Origin: an uncultured Oleiharenicola sp.
Lineage (GTDB): Bacteria; Verrucomicrobiota; Verrucomicrobiia; Opitutales; Opitutaceae
NCBI GenBank assembly: GCA_964481095.1
Contig: CAYZSN010000210.1
Location: 3,705-67,704, forward strand
Length of the DNA stretch: 64,000 bases
Direction: 5' to 3'
The position numbers and the translations under genes are program-made. This document shows positions 9,209 to 18,954 of this stretch, in pieces. The notes under the pieces were generated by a model. It was given only the letters and a program-made list of their open reading frames with translations. It searched no databases and was not told the DNA's origin. Each line of letters begins with the position of its first letter. Position 1 is the stretch's first letter.

Positions 9209-10669
9209 TCAGTTTTGCAGCGGCACCTTCTCGACCTCGGTCGATTTTTCCGGCTTGGCGAGCGGGTTGGGCGCCACCGGTGGCGCCTTGAATTCCACGG
9301 GGATCACGACGCGCACGTCGACGGGCCGGCCGTCCTTGCGCGGCGTTTCAAACAGCCACTGGCTCACCGCGGTGGCCGCCGACCAGCCGAATTCCGGCTG
9401 GCTCGCGCCGCGCACGCGCGGCAGGCGCACGCGGCCGTCGCGGTCGATGACCAGCTCGATCTCGGCCCGTCCGGCCTCCCCAGTGTCGAGCCGTCCCGCC
9501 GGGAAAACGGGCGCCCGCCGGTACAGCGGATAAAGCGGCCGGTCGAGCTCGCGGGCGCCCACCGGCTTGTCCGCGGTCTCGAGGCCGGCCAGCAGCCGCT
9601 GCTCGGCGCTGTCCGCGCGCGGCGCGGTGAATTTCCAGGTGAAGCTGAAATCCGCGCCCACCGTCTCGCCGTGCCGCTTCAGGGGCTTGAACTGCCACGC
9701 GGCGATGGCCGCCGCCGCCTCGCCGAATTCCGGGGCGGTGGCCTCGTCCACCGCGACGTCAATGACGCGCCCGCGCGGATCGATGGTGAAGTTGACGCGG
9801 GCGCCGCCGCGCGTGCCGGCCACGGCCAGGGCATAGGGATAGACCGGGTCGACCATCCGCACGGCCTCGACCGGCTCGTCGAAATAATCCACCGCCTTCT
9901 GGTTGTACGCCTCGCGGAGGAAAATCCCGTTCCGCTCCAGCCAGTCGGCGTGGTTGTCCTGGCCGGCCTCATCCGTGGTGTAGAAGCTCAGCACCGCCTG
10001 TTTTTGACCGGCGATGTTCATGAGTCCTTGGCGCGCGGGCCGGCATTCCCAGGTGGCCACGGTTTCAAGTGCCGCACTCAGGAAATCCGGGTGCGTGGCG
10101 CGGACCACCTGGACGCCCGACACGCGGCCCGCCGGGGTGATGCCCAGCACCAGCTCGACCTCGCCGGCGAGTCGGCGCGGCTCGAGGAAAGGCGGATAGG
10201 TCGGTTCGCTGTTGGGCGGATCGCCCGCCGGCACCGGCTCGGGGTCGTGTACCTGGGTCATGAAATAATCCGCCTTGATCGAACGCTCCGGCGTCCCGGC
10301 GGGCGTGAACGGCAGCGTGACCTCGCGCACGGCGGCCGTCGGCTGGTCGTCCTTGATGGCCGGCCGGAACTTCCACTGCTTCACCGCCTCCACCGCCGGA
10401 GCCCGGAACCGTTCCGGGCCGGACACGGCCTGGGCTTCGCTCACATTGCCGGTGGCATCCACCACGAAGCTCACGCGGACCTGCTCGGCGCTCCAGTCCG
10501 CCTTCGGCTCGGCCGCATAGACGGGATATGTCCATTCGATGAGGCTGCCGCTGTGGTTGTGCTTGAAATAATCGAGGTCGTCCGTGCCGCCGGTGTTTTT
10601 CAACCGTTCCGCCGCCGGGCCCGTGGTCGCCAGCATCAGCAACAGGCAGCCGCCAAGGAGTTTTTTCAT
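9209..10669 (-). CDS. secreted multi-domain TonB C-terminal-family protein (about 4 TonB_C domains)
   Basis: Signal peptide; repeated P.YP / G.V...F.V...G.V / A..AV.QW.F.P units. Confidence 0.8.
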   Translation of the reverse strand: MKKLLGGCLLLMLATTGPAAERLKNTGGTDDLDYFKHNHSGSLIEWTYPVYAAEPKADWSAEQVRVSFVVDATGNVSEAQAVSGPERFRAPAVEAVKQWKFRPAIKDDQPTAAVREVTLPFTPAGTPERSIKADYFMTQVHDPEPVPAGDPPNSEPTYPPFLEPRRLAGEVELVLGITPAGRVSGVQVVRATHPDFLSAALETVATWECRPARQGLMNIAGQKQAVLSFYTTDEAGQDNHADWLERNGIFLREAYNQKAVDYFDEPVEAVRMVDPVYPYALAVAGTRGGARVNFTIDPRGRVIDVAVDEATAPEFGEAAAAIAAWQFKPLKRHGETVGADFSFTWKFTAPRADSAEQRLLAGLETADKPVGARELDRPLYPLYRRAPVFPAGRLDTGEAGRAEIELVIDRDGRVRLPRVRGASQPEFGWSAATAVSQWLFETPRKDGRPVDVRVVIPVEFKAPPVAPNPLAKPEKSTEVEKVPLQN

Positions 10670-10708
10670 GGGAAATCGCCGCGGGCCCGCGCGGCTGTCT
10701 GTGTTGGT

Positions 10709-11173
10709 CTATCCCCGGCCGCCGCGCAAGACCACGACGTGGGCGAGGTCGTTTTTTTCGAACTCGTCCCAGTAGCGCTTCTCCACCCGCTTGAGCCGCT
10801 CCTCGCGCGAGGGCGCCGGGTCCACCCCGGGTGTTTCCAGCGCCTCCTTCCCCTGCTCTCCGCCGAGGTCGCGCTCGGCGAGCCGCGCCACGAGCTCGTG
10901 CCAGAAGACGTCGTTTTGGAATTCGCTCTGGAGGTCACGGATGCGCTCGTCCTCGGCGAGTTTGGCCGCCGGCTGCAGGGTCTGGTCTTCCATCTCCTCC
11001 ACGAGGTCTGCGCAGCCGAGGCTGGTGGCGAGGCCGAGCAGGCGCTGGTCGAGGGCGAAATAGCGCTTGGCGGCGGCGGTGTCCTCGCCCTGGTAGGCGG
11101 TGACGGCCCACATGCCCAAGTGCACCAGCTCGAGGAGCTGGCGGTATTCCTTCGCGGTGAAAGAGACTTTCAT
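10709..11173 (-). CDS. hypothetical protein
   Basis: ORF MKVSFTAKEY... with host-like codon usage, between two TonB genes. Confidence 0.65.
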   Translation of the reverse strand: MKVSFTAKEYRQLLELVHLGMWAVTAYQGEDTAAAKRYFALDQRLLGLATSLGCADLVEEMEDQTLQPAAKLAEDERIRDLQSEFQNDVFWHELVARLAERDLGGEQGKEALETPGVDPAPSREERLKRVEKRYWDEFEKNDLAHVVVLRGGRG

Positions 11174-11230
11174 GCCGCCACCCTTGCCCGGGCCACCCAC
11201 CCCGCAAGCGCGAAGTGGGCGGCTGGCGCG

Positions 11231-11944
11231 CTACTTCCCGGTCGCCGGGGCCTCGGGGACCGGCGCGGGCGCCGCCGGGGCCGGCAGGGGGGCCCGGACC
11301 ACCACCCAGCTTCCGAGGCTCGGGCGCGGGGCCAGGCGCCAGCGAAGTTCGGCGCTGCGGGCGTTCATCGTGAAGGCAAATCCGGCCCGCCAGCGCGAAT
11401 CGGCGGGAGCCCCCGGGGATTCGTTTGGCGTGAAGGTCCACTGCCGGGTGGCCGCTTCCACGGCCGCGGCAAACTCGGGATGCGATGCCTCCAGGGTGCG
11501 CACCGACTTCACCTTCCCGTCGGCGCCAATGATCAGCTCCACAATCGCCCCGCCCGAGACACCCTGGGCCGCCAGAACTTCCGGGTAAAGCGGTCGGGGC
11601 TGCGGCCCGTGCAAGGTGGGCCGGGAACCCTGGGCGGTCGGCCCTTCATCGCCGGCCACGGGAAAATTAAAAGGCCGGCGGGCATTGAACTTGACCGGCT
11701 TGCCGGCCACGAGCCGGACCGGCTGGTGGTCCTGCACCGCGAGGTTCAGGACGACCGTCTCGAGCGCATGGTCGCCGGTGGGGTCTTCACTCTCCACCAC
11801 CTTCGCATCCTCGGCCTCGCCCTTTTCATTATAACTGATTTCGACCATCACATTGTAGCCGGGTTTGGGTTTCGTCTGGGCTTGGGCGGCGGCGAAACCG
11901 AGGGCCAGCAGGACGGGCAGGAGGAGGCGCGGGAGGTTCTTCAT
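11231..11944 (-). CDS. TonB C-terminal-family protein
   Basis: Signal peptide; PRPLYPE..GVSGGAIVELIIGADGKV..SHPEFAAA..QWTFTP. Confidence 0.8.
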   Translation of the reverse strand: MKNLPRLLLPVLLALGFAAAQAQTKPKPGYNVMVEISYNEKGEAEDAKVVESEDPTGDHALETVVLNLAVQDHQPVRLVAGKPVKFNARRPFNFPVAGDEGPTAQGSRPTLHGPQPRPLYPEVLAAQGVSGGAIVELIIGADGKVKSVRTLEASHPEFAAAVEAATRQWTFTPNESPGAPADSRWRAGFAFTMNARSAELRWRLAPRPSLGSWVVVRAPLPAPAAPAPVPEAPATGK

Positions 11945-12110
11945 GGGGGGTGACAAGGTGAGACTGCTGACGGTCGCCGGGGTTGCTGGCAAATCGATAC
12001 TGTCCAAATGCGGAATTCGGAATGCAGATAGCGAAAGGACCTGAAACCGCGGCATTGACCGGCCCGCGCGCGCTCCTTTCACTCGGCGGTCCGCTTTTTA
12101 CACATCGGTC

Positions 12111-12159
12111 CCGCACTCCGCACTCCGCACTCCGCACTCCGCACTCCGCACTCCGCATT
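12111..12159 (+). repeat. tandem heptamer (CCGCACT)x6 + CCGCATT; inverted partner AATGCGG AATTCGG AATGCAG at 12007-12027
   Basis: Directly visible; ends 6 nt before the glyQS ATG. Confidence 0.95.
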
Positions 12160-12165
12160 TCCGTC

Positions 12166-13692
12166 ATGCCCGACTCCGCCGACAACCCGAACCTCATGGA
12201 AGCCCTCGTCTCGCTCGCGAAGCGGCGCGGCTTCATCTACCAGTCGTCCGAGATCTACGGCGGGCTCAACGGTTTCTTCGACTATGGTCCGCTCGGCGTC
12301 GAGCTGAAGCGCAACATCCGCGACTGCTGGTGGCGCGACATGGTGCACCGCCGCGAGGACATCGTCGGCATCGAGACCTCCATCATCATGCACCCGAAGG
12401 TCTGGGAGGCGTCCGGCCACGTCGCCGGCTTCACCGACCCGCTCGTCGACTGCAAGGTCTCCAAGCAGCGCTACCGCGCGGACCAGCTGTTCTGGGCGGC
12501 GGTCGTGATTGACGGCAAGGTGGCCGGCTATGTGTCCGCCCTCGAGAGCGAAAAGACCGCCGCCGAGCTGCAGGAGGCCGCCGAGTCGTTCAAGCGCAAG
12601 AAGGCGTTGCAGGGCGCGCTCGCTCCGGTCGTCGCCAAGGATTTCACCGAGGCCACCGCGGCCGAGATCCCGCTCATCCCCTCGCCCGCCACCGGCGAAC
12701 CCGGCAGCCTGACGCCCCCGCGCGCGTTCAACATGATGTTCGAGACGAACGTCGGCGCGCTGAAGGACGCCTCGTCCGTCGCCTACCTCCGCCCCGAGAC
12801 GGCGCAGGGCATGTTCGCCGACTTCAAGAACGTCGTCGACACCACGCGCGTGAAGCTGCCCTTCGGCATCGCCCAGGTCGGCAAGTCGTTCCGCAACGAG
12901 ATCACGCCGCGCAACTTCATCTTCCGCTCGCGCGAGTTCGAGCAGATGGAGATGGAATACTTCATTCACGAGGACGCCGACTGGGCCAAGGCCCACGAGG
13001 AATGGATCACGTGGTGCGAAAACTGGCTGAAGAGCATCGGCCTGCCGGAGTCGCACCTCTCGCGCCACACCCACCCGAAGGAAAAGCTCGCGTTCTACTC
13101 GCGCGGGACGGTGGACATCATGTTCAGGTACCCGTTCGGCGTGCAGGAGCTCTGGGGCATCGCCGCCCGCGGCAACTACGACCTCACGCAGCACGCCAAC
13201 GCCTCCGGCAAGCCGCAGGAGATGTTCGACGAGGCGACGAAGAAGAAGTTTGTCCCGCACGTGATCGAGCCGGCGGTCGGCACCGACCGCATCTTCCTCG
13301 CCGTGCTCACCGCCGCCTACGCCGTGGAGGACGTGAAGGACGAGAAGGGCAACACCGAGCAGCGCACCGTGCTTCGGTTCTCGCCGCGCATCGCGCCGGT
13401 GAAGGTCGCCGTGCTCCCGCTGCTCAAGAACAAGGAGCAGCTCACGACCCGCGCCCGCGCCCTCTTCGAGAAGCTGAAGCGCAACTACGCCGTGCAGTAC
13501 GACGACGGCGGCGCCATCGGCAAACGCTACCGCCGCCAGGACGAGGCCGGCACGCCGTGGTGCGTGACGATCGACTTCGAGACGATCGAGAAGCCGGGCG
13601 ACACCTTCACGCTCCGCGAGCGCGACAGCATGCAGCAGCGGCGGATCACGGAGGCCGAGCTGTTCGCCCTACTGGCTGAATACGTGTACTGA
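12166..13692 (+). CDS. glyQS: glycine--tRNA ligase (homodimeric type)
   Basis: [67 protein letters not shown]. Confidence 0.96.
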   Translation: MPDSADNPNLMEALVSLAKRRGFIYQSSEIYGGLNGFFDYGPLGVELKRNIRDCWWRDMVHRREDIVGIETSIIMHPKVWEASGHVAGFTDPLVDCKVSKQRYRADQLFWAAVVIDGKVAGYVSALESEKTAAELQEAAESFKRKKALQGALAPVVAKDFTEATAAEIPLIPSPATGEPGSLTPPRAFNMMFETNVGALKDASSVAYLRPETAQGMFADFKNVVDTTRVKLPFGIAQVGKSFRNEITPRNFIFRSREFEQMEMEYFIHEDADWAKAHEEWITWCENWLKSIGLPESHLSRHTHPKEKLAFYSRGTVDIMFRYPFGVQELWGIAARGNYDLTQHANASGKPQEMFDEATKKKFVPHVIEPAVGTDRIFLAVLTAAYAVEDVKDEKGNTEQRTVLRFSPRIAPVKVAVLPLLKNKEQLTTRARALFEKLKRNYAVQYDDGGAIGKRYRRQDEAGTPWCVTIDFETIEKPGDTFTLRERDSMQQRRITEAELFALLAEYVY

Positions 13693-13727
13693 CGATCCGC
13701 GCCCCTTCTCCCGAACCCCAAGATAAC

Positions 13728-14852
13728 GTGAATGTTTTCTTATTGGGCTCAGGTATGTCACCGGCGCCAACGGTTCGTGAATTGTCGGCTGCCGTTCTAA
13801 ATGCCCAAATGGGGTTGCACACGGATGGTCGGTTTGTCCCTGGTGCCGCAGCTGCACCGGGGCGTAAACAATATGGGGAAGTTATTCCTCAGTTTCTCAC
13901 CTCTCTCCGCGATGCGGTCGCCTCCTGGCAGAACAAGTCGATACACGCCGTAACCTATGAGGACATTGGCGCGATATGTGTTTCTTTGGATAAGGAATTT
14001 GGAACCGGTCGAAACGCTGCCGTTGCTCCCTTTTGGGAGACTCAGGCCAAACGATTTGGTCCTCTTTTTAAGCCTCCATTTAGTCGGAGCGATGACGACG
14101 GGTTCGCTGACCTGGTTAGTGAAAGTGCAAATTGGATAAGACGTGTTATTGAGGTGGAACTCGGCAAGCCGCAGTCCAACACCTTGGGCAGTTATATCAC
14201 CGCCTTCTTTCGCCAGATCGTCGAGCCTATGGGCGATTGGACCATAGTTACGCTCAATCATGATCTTTGGTTAGAGCGCGTTTTGTCTTCCCTGGGCTTA
14301 GAGTTTCACGACGGTTTTGAGACGACAGGAAACGTCCGCGAGTTTCATCCGAGCCGAGTTCGCGAACATACGCACAATTTGCTCCTGAAGCTTCATGGAT
14401 CTATAGATTGGCGTTGGCACCCCGATCGAAAGAATCACGTCAAACTCTCCGGGGGCTGGGACGAACTCGATGTTGTTCGCGCACATCATGCGCCTCAGGT
14501 TCTTATCGGCACCTTTAATAAGCTCGAAGAATATAGTTACGGAATCTTCCCTTATCTTTTTTCCGCTTTTGATCGCGTTTTATCGCAAGCAACCTGCCTT
14601 GTCGTCTGTGGATATGGATTCGGGGACAGTGGCGTGAATCTCCGGCTCTTCTCGGAATTGCAATATCGACCAGAACTTAAAATGACCGTGGTGCATCCAT
14701 ACCCGCTGAGTTTGATTAATTCGGCTCCCTTTCATGCTTCTAGTAAACTCCAGCCAATGTTTTGCTCCGGCAGAGTTGGTTTCATCAGGTGTAGATTCGA
14801 AGAGTTCTCTCATTCGCGGAATATTGCCCGTCTTCATAGGTTAGTTGCATAA
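13728..14852 (+). CDS. SIR2-like (SIR2_2-type) domain protein, putative anti-phage NADase; low GC
   Basis: FLLGSGMS, TLNHDLWLE, LLKLHGSIDW, CGYGFGDSGVN; AT-rich codon usage unlike its flanks. Confidence 0.8.
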   Translation: MNVFLLGSGMSPAPTVRELSAAVLNAQMGLHTDGRFVPGAAAAPGRKQYGEVIPQFLTSLRDAVASWQNKSIHAVTYEDIGAICVSLDKEFGTGRNAAVAPFWETQAKRFGPLFKPPFSRSDDDGFADLVSESANWIRRVIEVELGKPQSNTLGSYITAFFRQIVEPMGDWTIVTLNHDLWLERVLSSLGLEFHDGFETTGNVREFHPSRVREHTHNLLLKLHGSIDWRWHPDRKNHVKLSGGWDELDVVRAHHAPQVLIGTFNKLEEYSYGIFPYLFSAFDRVLSQATCLVVCGYGFGDSGVNLRLFSELQYRPELKMTVVHPYPLSLINSAPFHASSKLQPMFCSGRVGFIRCRFEEFSHSRNIARLHRLVA

Positions 14853-14903
14853 CCAGGGCGAATTTTGCCTTTCCGTTCAGCGAGGCGCGAACATGTTGCC
14901 CGC

Positions 14904-15827
14904 ATGTACCCCCGCCTTCCGCTGTTTTTGCTTTCCGGTGCGCTGCTCTCCTCTCTTTCCGCCACGCCGATCCCCGTCATCTTCGACACGGACATCGGCA
15001 CCGACATCGACGACGCCTACGCCCTGGTCCAGATCCTCGGCAGTCCCGAGCTCAAGCTGGTCGGTGTGACCACCGTGTCCGGCGACACCGTGGCCCGCGC
15101 GCGGCTGGCCGCCAAGCTGCTCGCGGTCTGCGGTCATTCGGAAATCCCGGTTTACGCCGGCACCTCGACCGCGCCGCAGTACCTGAAACAGGCCGAGTGG
15201 GCGGCCGGCTTCGCCTCGCCCAGCCTGCATCCCGACGGCGGCGTGGATTTCCTGCGCGCCCAGGTCAACGCGCATCCCGGCGAAATCACGATCATCGCGG
15301 TCGGCGAACTGACCAATGTCGCCGCCCTGCTCGCGGCGGATCCTGCCATTGCGAAAAAGATCAAGGCCATCGCCCTCATGGGCGGCTCCGTCCGCCGCGG
15401 TTACGCCCCGGGTTCGGCGCCCGAGGCGGAATGGAACATCCGTTCCAACGCGCCGGCCGCCCGGGCCGTCTTCGCCTCCGGCGTCCCGCTGCTCGTCGCC
15501 CCGCTGGACTCCACCGCGGAGCTGAAACTGACCCCGGAGGGGCGCGTGAAGGTTTTCACCCGCGGCTCGCCGCGCACCGATGCCCTCGCGGCGCTGAATT
15601 CCATCTGGCGGCACACCAACACCTGGAAGGGTGAGAACCCGACGCTGTTCGACAACCTCGCCGTGGCCCTCGTCGCCACGCCGGGCGTGGCCCCGCTCAC
15701 CGCCCTGCATCTCGAGGTCGACGAAAAAGGCTTCACCAAGGTCATCCCCGACCAGCCGGCCAATGCGCAGGTCGCGCTGACTTCCGATCCGGCGGCGTTC
15801 CTGGATTATTTCATCCCGCGGCTCTGA
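14904..15827 (+). CDS. inosine/uridine-preferring nucleoside hydrolase family, secreted
   Basis: Signal peptide; FDTDIGTDIDDAYAL, GELTNVA, MGGS, AEWNI. Confidence 0.9.
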   Translation: MYPRLPLFLLSGALLSSLSATPIPVIFDTDIGTDIDDAYALVQILGSPELKLVGVTTVSGDTVARARLAAKLLAVCGHSEIPVYAGTSTAPQYLKQAEWAAGFASPSLHPDGGVDFLRAQVNAHPGEITIIAVGELTNVAALLAADPAIAKKIKAIALMGGSVRRGYAPGSAPEAEWNIRSNAPAARAVFASGVPLLVAPLDSTAELKLTPEGRVKVFTRGSPRTDALAALNSIWRHTNTWKGENPTLFDNLAVALVATPGVAPLTALHLEVDEKGFTKVIPDQPANAQVALTSDPAAFLDYFIPRL

Positions 15828-15884
15828 GTCCGCGCGGGCAAATCCGTCTGGCCTCGGGCCCCATCCCTCCTGCATAAGTTTCCC

Positions 15885-17573
15885 ATGCGCCTGCCGAGCC
15901 TCCTCACCCTCGCGGTCCTGCTCTGCCCCGCCGCGTTCGCCCAGTCGCCCGTCACCGGCCAGCCGGTCAACAACGCCGACGGCGTCTTCCGTTTCGCCAT
16001 CGTGCCCGACCGCAACGGGGGCAACCGGCCCGGCGTGTTCGAGGATGCCATTGCGAAGCTGAACCTGCTCCAGCCGGAGTTCGTCATGACGACCGGCGAC
16101 CTGATCGACGGCTACACGACCGATCCCAAGGTCGCGTCCGCGCAGTGGGACGAGTTCGACGCGCTCGTGAACCGGCTGCAGATGCCCTTCCACTACACCC
16201 CCGGCAACCACGACATCAGCAACCCGGTGACGCTCGACGCCTGGAAGGCGCGGCGCGGGCCGCCCTGGTCGAGCTTCGTGTACCAGAACGTGCTCTTCCT
16301 TTCCCTGCACACCGAGGACCGGCCGTTCGGCGGGCTGGGCGCCGAGCAGATCGAGTGGGTGAAGCGCACCCTCGCGGAAAACGCCGGCGTCCGCTGGACC
16401 ATGGTGTTCTGCCACCGGCCGCTCTGGCGCGAGCCGAACCAGGCGGGTTTCGAGCAGGTGCGCGAGGCGCTCAAGGGCCGCAACTACACCGTCTTCGCGG
16501 CGCATTACCACCGCTACCTCAAGGGCGAGGTGGACGGCATGAAATACTACGTGCTCGCCACCGCGGGCGGCGGCTCGGCGCTGCGCGGCGCTGACGTCGG
16601 CGAACTCGACCATGTCATGTGGGTGACGATGAAGCCCGACGGCCCCGTCGTCGTGAACCTCCCGCTGGCCGGCATCCTGCCCGACGACCTCGTGACCGAG
16701 GAGACCAACGCGCGGGTCAACGCGCTGCGCGACGGCACCTGGCTGCGCATCCCGCCGGTCATCCAGGACGGGCCCACGTTCAGCCGGCTCGAGGTGCCGC
16801 TCGAACTGCGCAATCCCACCGACCAGCCGCTGCGCGTGCGCGGCTCGCTCAACCGCACCGCGGGCGTGGAATTCCTGCCGGTCCGCATCGACCGCGTCGT
16901 GCCCCCGCAGCAAACGCTGTCGCTGGGCGTGCAGCTCAAGGCCACGACCGGCACCGCCTCGCTCCATGCGCTGAACGAGGACCACCTCCAAATCACCCTC
17001 ACCGGCGCGTATGAGATCGGCGGCAAGACCGTGGCGCTGCCCGCGATGCTGCCGGTGCAGTTCGACTGGAAACACCCCGTGCCCGCGGCGGCGCCGCCGG
17101 TCGTGCTCGACGGCAGCCTCGACGAATGGCCGGCGGACGCCTTCACGTCCGTCGAGCAGCCGATGTATATCCGCGAGGACTGGGACTGGTCCGGGCCGGC
17201 CGACGGGCGCTTCCGCTTCGCCGTGCAGCAGCGCGACGGCAAGGTGTTCGTGGCGGTCGAGACCTTCGACGACCACGTGATCGCCCCGGGCAATCCCGAC
17301 GACCTGCAGGACCGCCTGTTTCTCAAGCTCCGGACCTCCGCCGGGCTCGCCACCCTCGAGGGCACCGCCGGCACGCAGCGCGCCGACGCCGTCGTGCGCG
17401 CCACCCCCGCGGGCCTCGCCGGGGAATTCATGCTGACGCTGCCCGACGGCGAAAAATCCTTCCATCTCAACATCGGCTGGCAGGATGTCGACCGCGCGGA
17501 CAGCACCAAGGCCTCGACCCTCTGGTGGCGTGCCGACGATGGGGCGTTCGGGGAATTCATCCTCGCGCCGTAG
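15885..17573 (+). CDS. secreted calcineurin-like metallophosphoesterase with C-terminal beta-sandwich
   Basis: GDLIDG, PGNHD, FCHRP, AHYH motifs; LDGSLDEW sugar-binding-like tail. Confidence 0.8.
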   Translation: MRLPSLLTLAVLLCPAAFAQSPVTGQPVNNADGVFRFAIVPDRNGGNRPGVFEDAIAKLNLLQPEFVMTTGDLIDGYTTDPKVASAQWDEFDALVNRLQMPFHYTPGNHDISNPVTLDAWKARRGPPWSSFVYQNVLFLSLHTEDRPFGGLGAEQIEWVKRTLAENAGVRWTMVFCHRPLWREPNQAGFEQVREALKGRNYTVFAAHYHRYLKGEVDGMKYYVLATAGGGSALRGADVGELDHVMWVTMKPDGPVVVNLPLAGILPDDLVTEETNARVNALRDGTWLRIPPVIQDGPTFSRLEVPLELRNPTDQPLRVRGSLNRTAGVEFLPVRIDRVVPPQQTLSLGVQLKATTGTASLHALNEDHLQITLTGAYEIGGKTVALPAMLPVQFDWKHPVPAAAPPVVLDGSLDEWPADAFTSVEQPMYIREDWDWSGPADGRFRFAVQQRDGKVFVAVETFDDHVIAPGNPDDLQDRLFLKLRTSAGLATLEGTAGTQRADAVVRATPAGLAGEFMLTLPDGEKSFHLNIGWQDVDRADSTKASTLWWRADDGAFGEFILAP

Positions 17574-18501
17574 CGCGAACCAAGGCGACGGCCGCTTCCG
17601 GCCAGGTGGGATGGCGAAAGGCAAACCCCGCGGCCTGGAGCCGGCCGGGGATAACGCGGCGGCTCTTGAGGATGAGTTCGGTCTCCGTGCGGCGGAGGAA
17701 CGCGCCGACTTCCAGCGCCCAAACCGGAATGGGCAGGGCGAGCGGCATGCCGACCGCGCGGTGCAGCGCGGCCATGAAGTCCCGGTTCGGCAGCGGGTGC
17801 GGCGCCGCCAGGTTGACCGCGCCGCTGAAATCCTCGCGCGCAAGCAGGAAGCGGATGGCGGCGATGAAATCGTCCTCGTGGATCCACGACACGTACTGGC
17901 GGCCGTCGCCGAGCCGGCCGACCCCGAGTTTCGCCAGCCCGGCCAGCACGCGGAACACGCCGCCCGGCGCCGGGCCCATCACGAGCGACGTGCGCAACGC
18001 CACCTTCCGCGTGCGCGGCGTCACGGCGGCCGCCTGCGCGGCTTCCCACTTCAGGCCGATGTCCACGCTGCGGGCCCACAACGCGGGCACGCCCGGCGGA
18101 TCGCCGATGACCCCCGTGGCCTCGTCGTTCGCCGCATCGTGGCGGTGGGCATAGACGGTCGCCGTGCCGGCCTGCAGCCAGACGCGGGGCGGACGCGTCG
18201 CCGTTGCGATGGCCTCGCCCACCGCGCGCGTCGAATCCACGCGGGATGCCATCATCTCGCGCAGGTTCTCCTCGTTGTACCGGCAGTCGACCGAGCGCCC
18301 CGCGAGGTTGATCACGACATCGGCACCATCGATCTCCGCGGCCCAAGGGCCGGGAGTTTTCCCGTCCCACGCAATTTCGCGCGCCGGGCCGCCGCCCGCC
18401 GGCCGGCGCGTCAGCACCACGCATTCATGCCCCTCGGCGGCCAGGGCCCGGGCGAGGGCCCGTCCAACCTGGCCGCGGCCGCCTGGCAGTAAGATTTTCA
18501 C
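17557..18501 (-). CDS. TIGR01777-family NAD-dependent epimerase/oxidoreductase
   Basis: PGGRGQVG, VINLAGRSVDCRY, GDGRQYVSWIH, ELILKSRRVIP. Confidence 0.9.
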   Translation of the reverse strand: MKILLPGGRGQVGRALARALAAEGHECVVLTRRPAGGGPAREIAWDGKTPGPWAAEIDGADVVINLAGRSVDCRYNEENLREMMASRVDSTRAVGEAIATATRPPRVWLQAGTATVYAHRHDAANDEATGVIGDPPGVPALWARSVDIGLKWEAAQAAAVTPRTRKVALRTSLVMGPAPGGVFRVLAGLAKLGVGRLGDGRQYVSWIHEDDFIAAIRFLLAREDFSGAVNLAAPHPLPNRDFMAALHRAVGMPLALPIPVWALEVGAFLRRTETELILKSRRVIPGRLQAAGFAFRHPTWPEAAVALVRATARG

Positions 18502-18508
18502 GGCGGAT

Positions 18509-18898
18509 TCAGGGTTTCGCCAGCACCGGCGGCTCGGCCGCGGCGCCCTCGGGCCGCAGGCCCTTGCGGCGCATTTTGTCGAAGTTGAACATGTTGAAGA
18601 AATGCATGCCCCCGAGCACGACCATCACCACGCCCAGCTTGGTGCTCAGGAACTCGATCATCTCCTGCACATCATGCGGCTTCTCCCCGTAGCGCAGCGC
18701 CGTGGCGATGAACCCGAGGTTGACCAGGTAGAAGCCGACCACGAGCAGGTGGTTGACCGAATCGGCCATGTCCTCCCGGCCGCGGAAGGCCTGCACGAGG
18801 AAGACGCGGCCGTTCCGGTGCAGCGTGCGCGCGACCCAGACGGTCAGGGCGACCGCGGCGGGCAGGTAGATGAGATAGGCGGTGACGGTGGGATTCAC
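18509..18898 (-). CDS. small integral membrane protein
   Basis: GTG start after AAAGGAG RBS; MADSVNHLLVVGFYLVNLG, KLGVVMVVLGGMHFFN. Confidence 0.8.
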   Translation of the reverse strand: MNPTVTAYLIYLPAAVALTVWVARTLHRNGRVFLVQAFRGREDMADSVNHLLVVGFYLVNLGFIATALRYGEKPHDVQEMIEFLSTKLGVVMVVLGGMHFFNMFNFDKMRRKGLRPEGAAAEPPVLAKP

Positions 18899-18919
18899 GA
18901 GGGCTCCTTTGTTTTTCTG

Positions 18920-18939
18920 ATTTCTGTTAACTGAGAAAT
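18920..18939. promoter_or_regulatory. putative operator ATTTCTGT-N6-AGAAAT (site 2)
   Basis: Matches the palindrome at 19478-19497. Confidence 0.65.
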
Positions 18940-18954
18940 TTAAGGGCAAATAAA

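Noticed and set aside
8615..11953. 1112-aa plus-strand ORF, and many similar long shadow ORFs (e.g. 14877-17843, 55502-58078)
   Set aside because: Antisense or off-frame to clearly recognisable genes; Arg/Gly/Ala-rich artefacts of high GC
12111..12159. Repeat arrays as a possible CRISPR
   Set aside because: 7-bp tandem units without unique spacers; no 23-47 bp repeat-spacer pattern and no cas genes in the window
12055..12165. T-box or glycine riboswitch upstream of glyQS
   Set aside because: The leader is too short and lacks the T-box 14-mer, a terminator or an aptamer-like structure
13670..14900. Integrative element or prophage at the glyQS 3' end
   Set aside because: No integrase and no duplicated glyQS tail or att repeat found; only a single foreign-looking gene
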